DNA of 64,000 nt. Source: Hyaloraphidium curvatum SAG 235-1 (Eukaryota > Fungi > Monoblepharomycota). Shown piece after piece: positions 22,512 through 34,153 of the stretch (the stretch's first letter is position 1; every line of letters starts with the position of its first letter). The DNA lies in the NCBI GenBank assembly GCA_025558095.1, contig JAIVFI010000010.1:248001-312000 (forward strand), read 5' to 3'. A program made the translations under genes and the position numbers. The notes under the pieces were generated by a model. The model saw only the letters and a program-made list of their open reading frames with translations, was not told where the DNA came from and did not search any database.

Positions 22512-23739
22512 CTACAGCCTGTTCCCCCTGAGCTGCTCCCCCGCCGCGTCGATCACCCGATCCACGAGCGCGTTGAACTCGTCCCTGCTCCTCTCGTGCG
22601 GCGGCACGTGCCCCACCCCTTGCATCCACACCCCCTCCGCCTTCCCCCCCAGGAACCCCTCCGCCAGCCTCTTTCCGAGCGCGAAGGGGACCACCCTGTC
22701 CCTGTCCCCGTGCACCACGACCACCGGACCAGGGAGGCGGCGGATGGCGGCGGCCTCGGAGGGGGAGAGCGAGTGCGAGGCGCAGGCGCGGCCCTGCTGC
22801 ATGATGCCGACGGGGTTGGGGATGGGGGAGGCGAGGAGGGTGGAGAGGACGAGGGGTGTGAGGCGGGCTATGTTCAGGGGGTTGATGATGAAGTCCTGCG
22901 GGCGCGGGGAGGTGAGGGAAGCATGCGAGATCGGGCGCGGCTTGGCTTACGGGCGCGTACAGGGAGCCCATGGCTTCTTTTGGGTTCTGCACGAGGTTGC
23001 CCACGTCGAGATAGACTCCCATGTTGCGGATGGCCTGGTTTCCCGCGGCGATCGCTTCCCACCGGCCGTAGGTCGAGCACAGCACGAGGCCGCCGACCCT
23101 CCCCTCCAGCCTCGCGCCGATCTTCTGCGCTATCATGCCGCCCATGCTCACGCCCAGAACGACAATCCTGGGCGGGACGCGGGTGCCGTCGCCCAAGACG
23201 ACGTCGTCGAGGAAGCCCGTGCCGCGCATGAGGTCGATGGCGTCCTCGGCGAGCATGTCGGTGGTGTAGGAGTGGCGCTCGGTGGTTTCGGAGCGGCCGC
23301 AGCCGCGGTTGTCGAACGTCTGGGGGTGATCTGGTCAGGCGGATGGAGGTGGTGACGTGGCAAGGCGGCAGCGGCCACGCACCAAGATCCTGACGGCTCT
23401 GTCCGGGTCCGGCCCCGAACTGAACGGCCACCACCCCGAAGCGTTGCGCTTCTCCATCAGATGGTTGACCTGGAACCGCCAGAGCCCGCCCGAGGCGCCC
23501 CAGCCCATGACGAAGAGGACGCGGTTCCTGGCGCTGTCCGGCCCCGCAATTTCGTAATACAGCCTCGCCGGGTCCCTGCGGGACTCGCCCACGGTGACAT
23601 AGAAGGTCGATGAGGCGGCGGTGTTGCGGGAAGCCATGAAGTTCTTCGGAAGGACACTGCGCGCAAGAACCACGGCGGAGAGGGCGGAGAGGCCGGCAAA
23701 GGCGGTCGCTGCGAGACTGACGGTGGCGAGGAACGACAT
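22512..23739 (-). CDS. Alpha/beta hydrolase with N-terminal membrane anchor
   Basis: LYYEIAG, VLFVMGWG, FDNRGCGRS, nucleophile motif GVSMGG, VHGDRDRVVP and GVGH; two introns. Confidence 0.85.
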
Positions 23740-24010
23740 GCGGTGGAGCTAGTGGGCAGCAGGCGTAACGGCGGCCCGTGCCGTGCCGCTCGCAGTTCGG
23801 TTGAGAAGAGTTGCGTCAGCAGCGTGATGACTTGTCCCCTACTCAGTTCGCCCACAGCCTGCTCCTTCCGTCCCGGTCCCCCTCGTTCGGCACAGAACAG
23901 CTCATCAGAGCCCGGAGTTTGGCTGCGCGCGGTGTCCGAGGGGTGAGTCGTCCGCCGCCGCTGCGCGGGCGCCGCGCTGACCCGTCATTCGTCGCAGGGG
24001 CGCGCCGCCG

Positions 24011-27000
24011 ATGGAGGCCGGTCGGGGCAGTGCCGGCCGGCCGCCGCACGACGGCCGGCCGAGTGGGGCCGCGCCGCGCGGGGACGGTGAGGCGGCCGAT
24101 GCGTCGTTCGCCCCGCCGAGGCACGGCGGCGGCCACGGCGGCGGGTCGATCCCGCAGCAGCAGCGGGGAGTTCGCCCCTCTTCGACGGCACCCGGGACGC
24201 CGCAAAACCGGACCGCCGTCCCCGACCGCAGTCAAACCGACCCCGGCGTGCGCACGCGCCCGGGTGCTGCGAGCTTTGGCGGACCTGCCCGGAGCGGCTC
24301 GGCCTCGCCCGCGGGGCCCAGCATGACGGGGGCACGACCGGGACCCCCGGTGCCGCCTCCCGCGCACCTCGCCGTCGACCAGCAGTCGATCAGCTTCGTG
24401 AACAGCGCCCTCGCGTGGCAGGCGCAACCCGGCACGCCGCCCACCCAAGAACCGACCACAAACCCGTATGCGAAAGCCCGGAATCCTTTGGGCCCCCTCC
24501 ACCATGCTGCAACCTCCAGCGGCCCGCCCGGGCCCGCGGCCGCTGTGCCCGCTGCCCCTGCCGCCCCTGCCGCCCGGGCCGTGGCTGCCTCTGCCGCACG
24601 CCCCTTGGTGCACCATCCGCAGGCTGTGCCGGTCCCGACTCGATATTCGACTCCTCCGCCCCCGCCAAACATCCCCAGCCTGGTTTACTCGACTGCCGAG
24701 CCGCACGCCGGCGCGGCCGACCCCGTGCCTGCGAGCACGACCAACTCGCCCAAGTCCCGCACACCGCCGCCGCCGCCCTCGCCCCAACGTCGGCCGGGCC
24801 TGAGCAAGCGGACCCGCACCGACGGAGGCGCGCAGGTCCCTCGCCCGGGGCCGAACGTGGAGATGGCGGACGACATCGTGAGCACGGGCGAAGCGGGGGT
24901 GCAGCCCGAGGCCCCGGGTGCGTCGGGCTCGAACAACACCACTTCGAGCGAGGAGAGCATCGTAGAGGGCTCGGCCGGGGTGGCGCCCGGTGCATCGCAG
25001 TCGCAGGAGCTGAAACTCATGGCCATGGACGAGGACCCGATCGTTCCGTCGACGGCGTCGTCGGCAACGAGTGCGATGGCGGTCGACGGTGAGGCCCTGT
25101 ATGAATTTCGCTTGCTGGTTCGCTCACGCAAATGCATCCCAGAGCCCGGCCATGGAGGACCTCCGCCGCCACCGGTGGGTCCGGTTCCGGTGGATGTGGA
25201 CGAGAGCTGCTTGCTGACGTCGGACGAGGAGCGGGAGATGAACAACTCTGCCGCGCGACCCGAGGCACGCGATGTGCCGGTGCAGATTCTCTACGTCGAT
25301 GGTGCGCCGGGTGTCGTGGAGTGTTTCAGCACGCACTGACCCATCGTCCACGCCAGGTGCCGAAGGAGGACCTCAACCTGTCGACGCCTCCACGTTCGGA
25401 TACGTGGATGCGGGCATGGACGAAGAGGCAGTGGGGCTCCCAGCGAGGACGGCGGACCTCACCGCCGGGACGGGTGCCGGCCCGGCGATCCCTGCGGCCC
25501 CAAAAGCTTCGGAACCCGCCCAGCCTGCCTTGGACAAGAAGTGGCAGGAGCAGTTCGTCGAGGACGACGAGGACGGGATCCGGCGGCACCACCTCACCGC
25601 CACGCTGGTCTCGCAGTTCCGGCACTACCACTGCGAAAAGTACCTGCACCTTGCTTCCCGCAAGAAGGCCCCGGGCGGGGCGGGAGCGCGCCCGCGGATC
25701 GGACCGGACGCCGCCGCCGCGGCGCACCTGGAGCGGGGCAACCGGCACGAGGAGGAGATCAGGCGGCTGCTGCAGGCCGCCGCGAGCGCCGAAGGGTCCC
25801 GGCTGCGCCACGTGCTGTTCGAGGACGCGGTGCACGGGACGGACCCGACGGCGGAGACCATGAGGAGGATCACGGAGGATGTGGCTTCCCTCGCCCGGGA
25901 CACGATAGATCGCGAGGGCGGCGGCGACGACATCAAGCCGCAGGTCATCTGGTTCGACCAGGCACCGCTCCGGATACAGCCGGACACGCTCCAGCCGAAG
26001 GAGGGCGCCGTGCGGGTGAACGACGACGGGTCGTTGAGGTGCTGGAGCCTGATGGACGAAGCCGGGAAGCCCGTCGAGATCACCTTCGGAACACTGAAGC
26101 CGGACCTCATCGAAATCACGCTCATCTTCAAGCCGCCGGAAGTGCCGGCTTCCAAGCCTTCGCCCAGACGCGGCGAGCAGGCGGCGCCGGCGGAACCCCG
26201 CAACGAATGGAGCGTAGAGGCTCACTGGAAAGTCCTCGACGCCAAAAGCTCCAAGAAAGGTTCGCTCGCGTGCATGTCAGCTATGCTTTCGATGAGCTGA
26301 CTTCCCTGGCCTCAGCCAAGGAAACGCACATGGTCCAGATTGCGCTGTACCACTTGGTCTTGTCGGAGCTCTTCAAGAAGTGGACCTCGGACGCGAAGCC
26401 GACCGTCTCGTACGTGGGGCATCAGAACGGTGCTGTTTGGCTTCCCTGGATGCCTTCGGGGACCGGGGACGGCACGGTGCCGCCCCCGAACGCCCTCGAA
26501 CCCTTCCCGGTCGGGCTCGTCGTGCCGCAGATCCGCGGGCTCCTCGAGTGCGGGATACCCCGGGTCCTGCGCAAGGCGTTCTCGGCCCTGAAGTGGCACT
26601 TCAACCCGGTCTGCCAGACCTGCGATTTCCGGACGGCCTGCAGGCAGATTGCGAAGGAGGAGGAGCGCATCGGCAGCCTGCCCGGCATCTCGATCATGGA
26701 GGAGGCCGTCCTGCAGCGCGCCAGGCCCCACGCACCGGGCAAGACGGAGCTTAAGGACATCGAAGATATGGTCGAGGCCTGTACGGACGGCACTTCTCAA
26801 GGCCGACTGCGGAGCGACGTACGCCGTATCCTGAAGGTATCGGGGTCCCGGAGCCCGCTCATCGAAGCGCATCGCCACAATGTCGTCACCGTTTACGACG
26901 GCTACAACACGAGCCTTCCTTCCGGCGAGCACCTTGCCATCTTCATTGCGCTTTCGGTCGATCCTTCTTCGGAGGATTATGCGCTGGACAACGATTCACC

Positions 27001-30000
27001 CGCATCCATTGGGTCGGGAAGTGTCTTCGGCATCCTTGCTGGCTTTGCGATCCGTTGCTCCTTGGGAGATTCGCATCCTCCCTGCAATGAGAACTTTGGG
27101 TCTCTGCTGGGAGAAGCCCACGTCGAAGAGCGTGCTCTGACTTCGACCACCGCGTCGTCTGACCTAGCCAAATCGCTTGTTAAGAAGCTGAGCGAGATCC
27201 TGCGAGTGCTCAAGGGCAAGGACAGCGCCCGGTGTCAGTTCTACTGCTGGTCGTCGCGGGAAGTGCAGCTCCTGAACCGGATCATCATCGCTGGAGCATG
27301 TCAGCTCTGGGACGGGCCGGCTCGCGAGGAATGGCTACCACTGCAGGAGGATTTACGGCTTTGCACGGCAGCGCTTGTCACGGACACTGCTGCGATGCTT
27401 TCGCCCTTTGTTCCTTCATTCTTCCGGCCGGACTACCATTCTGGCTTATACGAGGCAGCAAACAGGCTCCGTATGACGAAGCTCTGCACCAGTGATATGG
27501 CTGACGTCCTGCTCGCAGTTCATCAGAGGCTGCGCATGGCAAACCCGAGCATGGACTGCCAAATCCCTAAGAGCAACTCCGCAAGTCGACTAAAGGACGA
27601 CATTCGCAGTCTGCTTTCTAATCTCGAGAATAAATGCCCCGCCAAAGACGAGGACGGTCCCAGATTCCCCAAGCTTCTTGCTCTTGAACCTGCATTCAGT
27701 CGAACCGTTTGTTTGCCTGTGGCTGGCTGGCTAGAGCTCCCCGATTACTGCAAATGGTTCGAACTTGGCGGTCAGCCGGAGGGTGCTCAATCGCAGCCTG
27801 CTCCTCGACTTGGCTCTCAGCTGCACGTACTAAGAGAGCTAACGGAGCGCGTGCGAGATCGTGTACGGAATGCGCGGAGGCATCATTCAGACCCCCGCGT
27901 GGTTGGTCCGGAGCTAGCTTTCGGAGCCTCTCATTTCTTCCTCAGCTCTGTGGACCGCGCGGTGCGCGATCGGAACCTGCAGTTGCTCTGGTTCATGGCA
28001 GAGCACGAACAGCACTTGGAGCTGAATGATGTTCGGAGCCGCGGGCAGTTGTTTGACAGCGAAGCGGGCTACGTCATCGAAGTACAACGCGACTTGGTTG
28101 ATGCCGGGGCACTTGGTGCTGATTCGAATGCGATCCGGATCTTGAGGAGGCCCGACAAGGAACCTGAGCTCAAGACAAAGGATGTCGTTCCCGGGAAAAA
28201 GCACGCCGTCTTTGCGAACTACGTTGCTGTTCCATCGAGCTTGATATCAGGACAATGGACTGTACCAGAAGTGTTTCGCAGGTTTCGCAACCTGCAGTGG
28301 GCCTCGCGTTCCAATTTGGCGTACAAGAACGCCCCGTGGCTCAGCAAGCGCATGTTTTTCGCGACAAGCGCCGCCAACCACGCCTTCGGTGCTGAGAACC
28401 CTGCTGCGCTTGTCCGGGGTGATAAGGGTCACAGAATCCCCCATGACGCTTTGGTGCTGCAAGAGCGCCTATGCACACCGAACTACGGGAAAGTGCTCGC
28501 CAATCTTTTTATTCTAGACTGCTCCGCCGAAAGCTTGTTCTGCAGGCTTGTGCGAGAGCCGGCTAGGTTTGGTCCGGGACAGAATGATGAACCGAGCGAT
28601 GTGAAAGATTGGACAAGACGCGGGATGAACATCGATGACTCTTGGAGGATGCGGAAGCAACATGGCAGCGAAAGCTCGTCGCTTCAGCTGACACCTAGCC
28701 AAAAAAGCGTTTACCAGAGTGTGTTGTCTTCACGGTTGACTGTTGTTTGGTAGGTCGGTTTGTTCCTTTCGAAGTTATTCTCTGACATAATTTGAAAGGG
28801 GCCCGCCGGGATCCGGAAAGACACATACATTGGCTGTTGTCTGCACTCGGCTTCTGCACACGCTGCAAGCATGGCAGGAACAGGCACCGGCGCAAGCACC
28901 AAGAACGTTCCGGATCCTTTTCGCTGCCAGCACTCATGCAGCTGTCGACACGTTCTTGAGAAAGCTCTTCAAAGTGATCCAGGATGCAAAGGCGACGGAC
29001 AATTCGACTTCTGGCCATCGTTGGTCGGAGCACGCCGCTCAGAACGTGATCCACGTTCTTTCTCATGGTTTCCGGCGAGGCGAGCGGATGACAGACTTAT
29101 CCGACGAAGAAGGAGAGGATAGCATCGAGTTTCCGCAGATATGCGTTTGTGCCGGCACCGTTTGGGCCGTCTACAAGTGCGTAGCAATCTGAAGGCCTTG
29201 TTGCTGGCATTGGCTAAAGTTCGCCGTAGCAACGCCGACAAGGGGACGCTGCTGAAGGATCTTAGCAAGGCCGACAAGGGGAAGCAGAAGGATCTTGCCA
29301 AAGCCGACAAGGGGAGCCTGACAAATTTGTTCGACCTCGTTATCATCGACGAAGCGAGCCAAATGCCGGTAGCGCATGCTGCAATCCCGATCAGTGTTGC
29401 GAAGCCCGAAGGCTCCCGTATCATTGTTGCCGGCGATCACCTTCAACTGGCCCCTATTCTGCGGGGAATGTACCCTCTCTTTCCGCCTTCGGAGCCTCAG
29501 TTGAGCGGTTCCTTTATGGAGTGCGTGATGAAGGACAAGGACGGGAACAATGTCCTGGTCGGCAGCCTTCTGGCGGGTTTGCGGCCCAGAGCAAAACGCA
29601 CGGTAGCGGTGGAAGGCGAAATCGGGAGGGACAAAGCCGGGGTCACTCACATTCTCAGAGACAACTTTCGTATGGTGGGTTTGCCCAACGCCGTCCCTGT
29701 GCGTGGTTCCTGAATGCCTCTCAAGAGCGACGGGCTTGCCAAGTTCACGGAAAGGGCGTACAACCAGGACTTCGTCGCCGCGAATAAGGATGCAAGGCAG
29801 ACGCGTTGCGACAAGATCATTAAGCAGCTTGTTAGAAAGCTCGAGCCTGGAGAATCAACGCTCTCTGCGGAAGCTTCGGGCTTTTTCACTCGGCTTGACA
29901 ACGAGCCTACATCCTTGGCAACAATTGCGCTCACGTTTGATGCGGATACAGCGGCTTCGGCTTCCTACGAAACGCATGTTGAACGTGCTTGCCAAGTTGT

Positions 30001-30703
30001 TCGGGAGCTTGTGGAGCACCTTTGGACGGCGGATGGAAGCGAGGAGCCGGGTTCGGCCAGTCCGGAAAAGGACCCTCTGCGGATCTTCATCGTTACGCCG
30101 CACACCATTCAGAAGGAAACGTACAAGAGGTTGTTTACGAGCGGCACGGAAACCCATGCGCGGCTGAATGACCGAGAAAAGCTACGGATTGATACGACGG
30201 AGACCATGCAAGGTAAGGACCTTCCTTGGCAATGTTCGCCACTTCGTTTTGGCTGACTGTGTCGGATGTAAGGTGACGAAGCCGACATCGTCATCGTCGA
30301 TTACGGATACACGTCCTACATGTGCAACGCCACTGTCAGCGACACGGAGCTCGATTTCACATGGAAGCACAATCGGCTCCACGTGGCGATCTCTCGGGCC
30401 AAATCGCTCTGCATTCTGATTGCACCAAGACAGCTTTTGTATCTGAGCCAGGCATCCGGCCCCTCTGGACCGATGGACTACCAGGACAACGTTGGACCGC
30501 CTCTGAACGTCGTGATATCCCCCGAGCGCCGCCGGGCTTGGGCTTTGCTGAATGACTTTGCCTGCGAGTCCAGATTTGTCTACTCGTGGCAGGTTGATCA
30601 CGCTGCGGTTGAAGCTGCAGCTGCGGCCGGGTCTTCGCAGCCGCATGCGGCGAGCGCCGGCGAGCCGATTTCGGGCGAGAATCACAGTATATCCGGTCTC
30701 TAG
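24011..30703 (+). CDS. Very large PD-(D/E)xK Cas4/RecB-like Fe-S nuclease fused to an SF1 (Dna2/Upf1-type) helicase, multi-exon
   Basis: Nuclease: LTATLVSQF..HCEK, LKPDLI, VLDAKSS, HMVQIALY and CQTCDFRTAC. Helicase: WGPPGSGKT (spliced), STHAAVD, IIDEASQ, GDHLQLAP, NFRM, VTPH..Q, IDT.E.MQGDEAD and NRLHVAISRAK. Confidence 0.8.
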
Positions 30704-30751
30704 CACACTGTAAGATTGAGCCTTTGTCGTTTCTTTTGAGCGAATCTTCCA

Positions 30752-33001
30752 TTACCCGATAGATGTACTCCCATCCCTGCTTTCTGCCCTCTTTGCCGCC
30801 TCCCGCAGCGCCAGCTCCTCCTCTACGACTTCCATCACCGTCCTGTCGGTAGGCTCCACAACCTCCAAATTCGCCCGTCTTGATCTGCTGCGACCGCGCA
30901 AGGACCCTGGCGGCAACGCCGCTACGAACCGTTCCCGCCACACTGCGTAGGGCACGGAGTCTTCCGAAGAGCTGCGCCATGCTTCGTAAGCCGACTCGAT
31001 GTGCACTTCAGTCCCGTCCGTGCCTTCAAACAGGTCAAGCAAAGGAAGGCGCCCGGCAGAGAAGCTCTGCTCGTCCGCGTCTCCGTCAAACAGATCCCGT
31101 GCTGCTTCGTCCGATATCTTGGACCTGAGCTTGGTTGCTTCTTCCTCGAGATCCAAATAGTCCGATTGCGTGTCACTGCGAACGGGAGGCTCGCGAACCT
31201 CCGAACCAGCACGCCACGGAATCGCTTCCGCTTCATTTCCGTCCAACCCTTTCCATGTCCATCCCGGAGGTCGAACGAAGGATTCATGCCTGGCGACGGA
31301 CGAATGACGGCCATCAAGCAACGGATCCCCGCGGTCGACCCAATCTTTCCCCCCGTAGCTCCTTCCTGTGGCGGCTTCTTTGCTTTCGAGCTCCCAATCC
31401 GAGTCATGCAAGAGGTCTTCGCCCCCATCGAACTCCTCTGATGCAGCACTGAGCTCATCGGGCGAAAGCTCGCCGTCCGCATCGTCAAACTGAGAGCTTA
31501 GATTCTCCGGCACATGGTCGGATTCCCCAAACGCGGTTATCGACGAGTTCGTCCGACCACTGGTGCCAACACTCTGCCGACCCTCGGTCCGATCGTGCAT
31601 TTCGAGCGCCAATCGTGCGCGCCTTCCCATCTCCTCCGGAGGCGGATCCGTGATGTACATGCCCGCGACGCGGATGCCGGGCGGCTTCCCAGCTGCCCTC
31701 CGTTCCTTTGCGTTCTTTATCCTTTCAACGTCGAGAAGAGTCTGAAATCCGTAACCAGGATCGATGAGGGGTGGCTCTGGTTCCACGTTGAGCTTCGCGT
31801 CGTCATCCCCACGCGACCAAGGCAGGCGGAAGGCGTCCGGTCCGACGGTCTTGGGAACGTCCCATCCTATGTCCGGAAAAGGCGAATCGGCGGCTTTTTT
31901 CAGCTCAAAGTCAACGCTCGTAGACGGCCTAAGTGGTCCATCGGAAGCAGGCTCCGCAGGTAAAGGTGGGATCGCCCAATCGCGCTGAACGCGAGCTCCC
32001 CGTTTGCTCCTTTTAATTGGGGCTGGCAACGAAGCACCATGATCTCCCGAAATAGAAAGCCGTTGAGCGGCTGAGCCAGCGCTGTCTGTCGTCCACGGAA
32101 GGTGAAGAGAAAGGCCTGACCCAGCAGACTCCTCGGGATCAGACCGAGAAGCTTCTTGAGGCAGCTCCCCATGGCAATCCACCGCTCCTCCCATATCCGA
32201 TAGGGGCTTCGATGCCGCCGATTCGCTTCCGCCATTACGAGCCCACGGAAGGTGGAGCGAAGTGTGGGATGACTCGGGCGGATGTCGTTGGGGAGCTGCC
32301 GATCGCGACGACTCGCCAATCGTAATCCTTTCTGCGTCCTTTTCACGCCTCTGCAGAGTCCTTTGGCTCCAGCTCTCTGGAAAAAAGTCGATGACCGAGC
32401 TTCGAGACCGCCGGCCCTGGCTCGATTGCGAGATTTGCTCGGCAGCAGAGGACGACCCTGGTGCTTCCGGACGCGGAGGACGATACTGAGTGGCAGAACC
32501 TGGCATCCCTTCGTTGACGTTTGCCTGGGCATCGCGAGCAGCATGCAGCCCGCGCCCAATGTCTGAAGTTCTGTCCATCGGATCGGCGAGCCGAGGACGT
32601 TCCCCGTCGCGCCCTTTCCAATCCCGTCGGGACGGCATGGTTCGGCGGAAACGGTCGGAAGATGAGCTGTCCGTAAGGTTCCAGAGGGAATCCTCAGCAA
32701 TTGACGGCACTGTGTCCCTGGCCTCCAGTGAGAATGACACGTCTGCGGCCAAGTCGGCCCGCTCGGCATCAAAACCCAATCCTGCCGCGTCCGTTCGCGT
32801 TCCAGCTGAGGTCGCGAGAGGCTGCTCATTGGCAGCGACGCCGACCAAAGACTCCGCAGAGCGTGGACGGCGCCGCGCAACTGTCCGGGCAGCACGGCGC
32901 CCGGCTGCCACCATGCCGGTAGCGCATATTGCACATATTCGTTCTGATAAGATCCCCGAGAGGCCAGGCCCCGCGATGGGCCGCAGCTGCCTGGCGAGCA
33001 T
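30752..33001 (-). CDS. Hypothetical, largely disordered protein with an Arg-rich, possibly mitochondrial-type N-terminus
   Basis: Uninterrupted reading frame of about 750 aa in a lower-GC region; MLARQLRPIAG...RRAARTVARRRPRS; no recognisable domain. Confidence 0.55.
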   Translation of the reverse strand: MLARQLRPIAGPGLSGILSERICAICATGMVAAGRRAARTVARRRPRSAESLVGVAANEQPLATSAGTRTDAAGLGFDAERADLAADVSFSLEARDTVPSIAEDSLWNLTDSSSSDRFRRTMPSRRDWKGRDGERPRLADPMDRTSDIGRGLHAARDAQANVNEGMPGSATQYRPPRPEAPGSSSAAEQISQSSQGRRSRSSVIDFFPESWSQRTLQRREKDAERITIGESSRSAAPQRHPPESSHTSLHLPWARNGGSESAASKPLSDMGGAVDCHGELPQEASRSDPEESAGSGLSLHLPWTTDSAGSAAQRLSISGDHGASLPAPIKRSKRGARVQRDWAIPPLPAEPASDGPLRPSTSVDFELKKAADSPFPDIGWDVPKTVGPDAFRLPWSRGDDDAKLNVEPEPPLIDPGYGFQTLLDVERIKNAKERRAAGKPPGIRVAGMYITDPPPEEMGRRARLALEMHDRTEGRQSVGTSGRTNSSITAFGESDHVPENLSSQFDDADGELSPDELSAASEEFDGGEDLLHDSDWELESKEAATGRSYGGKDWVDRGDPLLDGRHSSVARHESFVRPPGWTWKGLDGNEAEAIPWRAGSEVREPPVRSDTQSDYLDLEEEATKLRSKISDEAARDLFDGDADEQSFSAGRLPLLDLFEGTDGTEVHIESAYEAWRSSSEDSVPYAVWRERFVAALPPGSLRGRSRSRRANLEVVEPTDRTVMEVVEEELALREAAKRAESRDGSTSIG

Positions 33002-33105
33002 CCGCGGCCCCGGTGTTTGTTTTGGTGCGGCGTCGCGGCCCTCCACCCGCTTCTCCCAAAGCTGAAGGGGCGGAGGCTGGAATACCCCTGCAAATTGAAC
33101 ACGAT

Positions 33106-34056
33106 ATGGCTCCGTCGTGCATAGGATCCTTGCTCCGAGGCTTTCTGGGCTCGCTGAACTTTAGTGTGGTGGCCATGGGGCTTGCCGTCGTCGGACTTGG
33201 CGCTGCCGCTCTCGCTGGTAAGGGCGGAGCCTGCCACAAGCGCCATCGGCGGTCTAATACTCTGAACTATGCATTTGAAATGTGCACCAGGCTATCTGCC
33301 CATCGTGCGGGATTGGAACATGTACGTTACAATAGCCTTCATGGTCCTCGGCGGTCTCTCGACCTTTCTCGCAGGTGAGGCGTTTGAGAAAGGCTTTGAG
33401 CACCGACTGAGGTTCTCGTGGCCTCCGACGACGAAACAGGAATGTGCCTCTATGGGCTCATAGCCCGGTCGAAACCTGCCATCTGGATCTACGCCATCGT
33501 CGTCATTGTTCTTATCGGTGGTGAGCTGGCTCTCGCGATCCTCGCGACCCAGTACCGCGAGACGTTTGACAAGGCCGGGGAACTCATTTGGAGCCTTCTG
33601 GGGGTGGATCTGCAATCGCTCATTGGCTGGGCACTGCAGTGCGCCGACTACACGACGTGCACGCAAGTGGGTCGTGCTCGTTGTCCGCAACAGGAAAGCA
33701 CCGTGACCGTTTGCCTTCACAGGCCCTCATTACCCTTGCGAGCCAGCAGCTTACGATTGTGTACGCTGTTCTCTTTACGTGGGTCTGAATCTGCTCTCGG
33801 ACCGGCTCCATCGCTTACTCGACCGTCGACAAGCTTGCTGGGCCTTGAGGTCCTATCCGTTGTGGCGGCATTCGTCACCATCTCGGAGATGCGCCACGGC
33901 AGAAGTCTTTACCACCTATGTGATGGGCCGCCGAGGCCCATCGTGTATCCAAACCAGCCAGCGCCGCCTCCAAAGCCCTATCTGCAGGACGCCCAAGCCA
34001 CACAAGGACCGTCGAGGGGAGTAGTGATCGAAGAGACCCGACGTTACGTCATGTGA
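33106..34056 (+). CDS. Four-TM tetraspanin-like membrane protein, multi-exon
   Basis: TM1 FLGSLNFSVVAMGLAVVGLG, TM2 ...FLAGMCLYGL, TM3 IWIYAIVVIVLIGGELALAIL, a loop with LQCADYTTC and TM4 LLGLEVLSVVAAF. Confidence 0.6.
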
Positions 34057-34153
34057 CGCATGAAATCGACAATCAATTGGATTAGAATAACGACACAGGC
34101 AGTATACGCCTACGCATGCCTCCCGCGTACCACAGAGAACAGACTCCAACTTG

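Noticed and set aside
25580-26650. Cas4-like nuclease as evidence of a CRISPR or casposon system
   Set aside because: No repeat-spacer array, cas1 or terminal inverted repeats were seen; the domain is fused to a helicase in a spliced gene.
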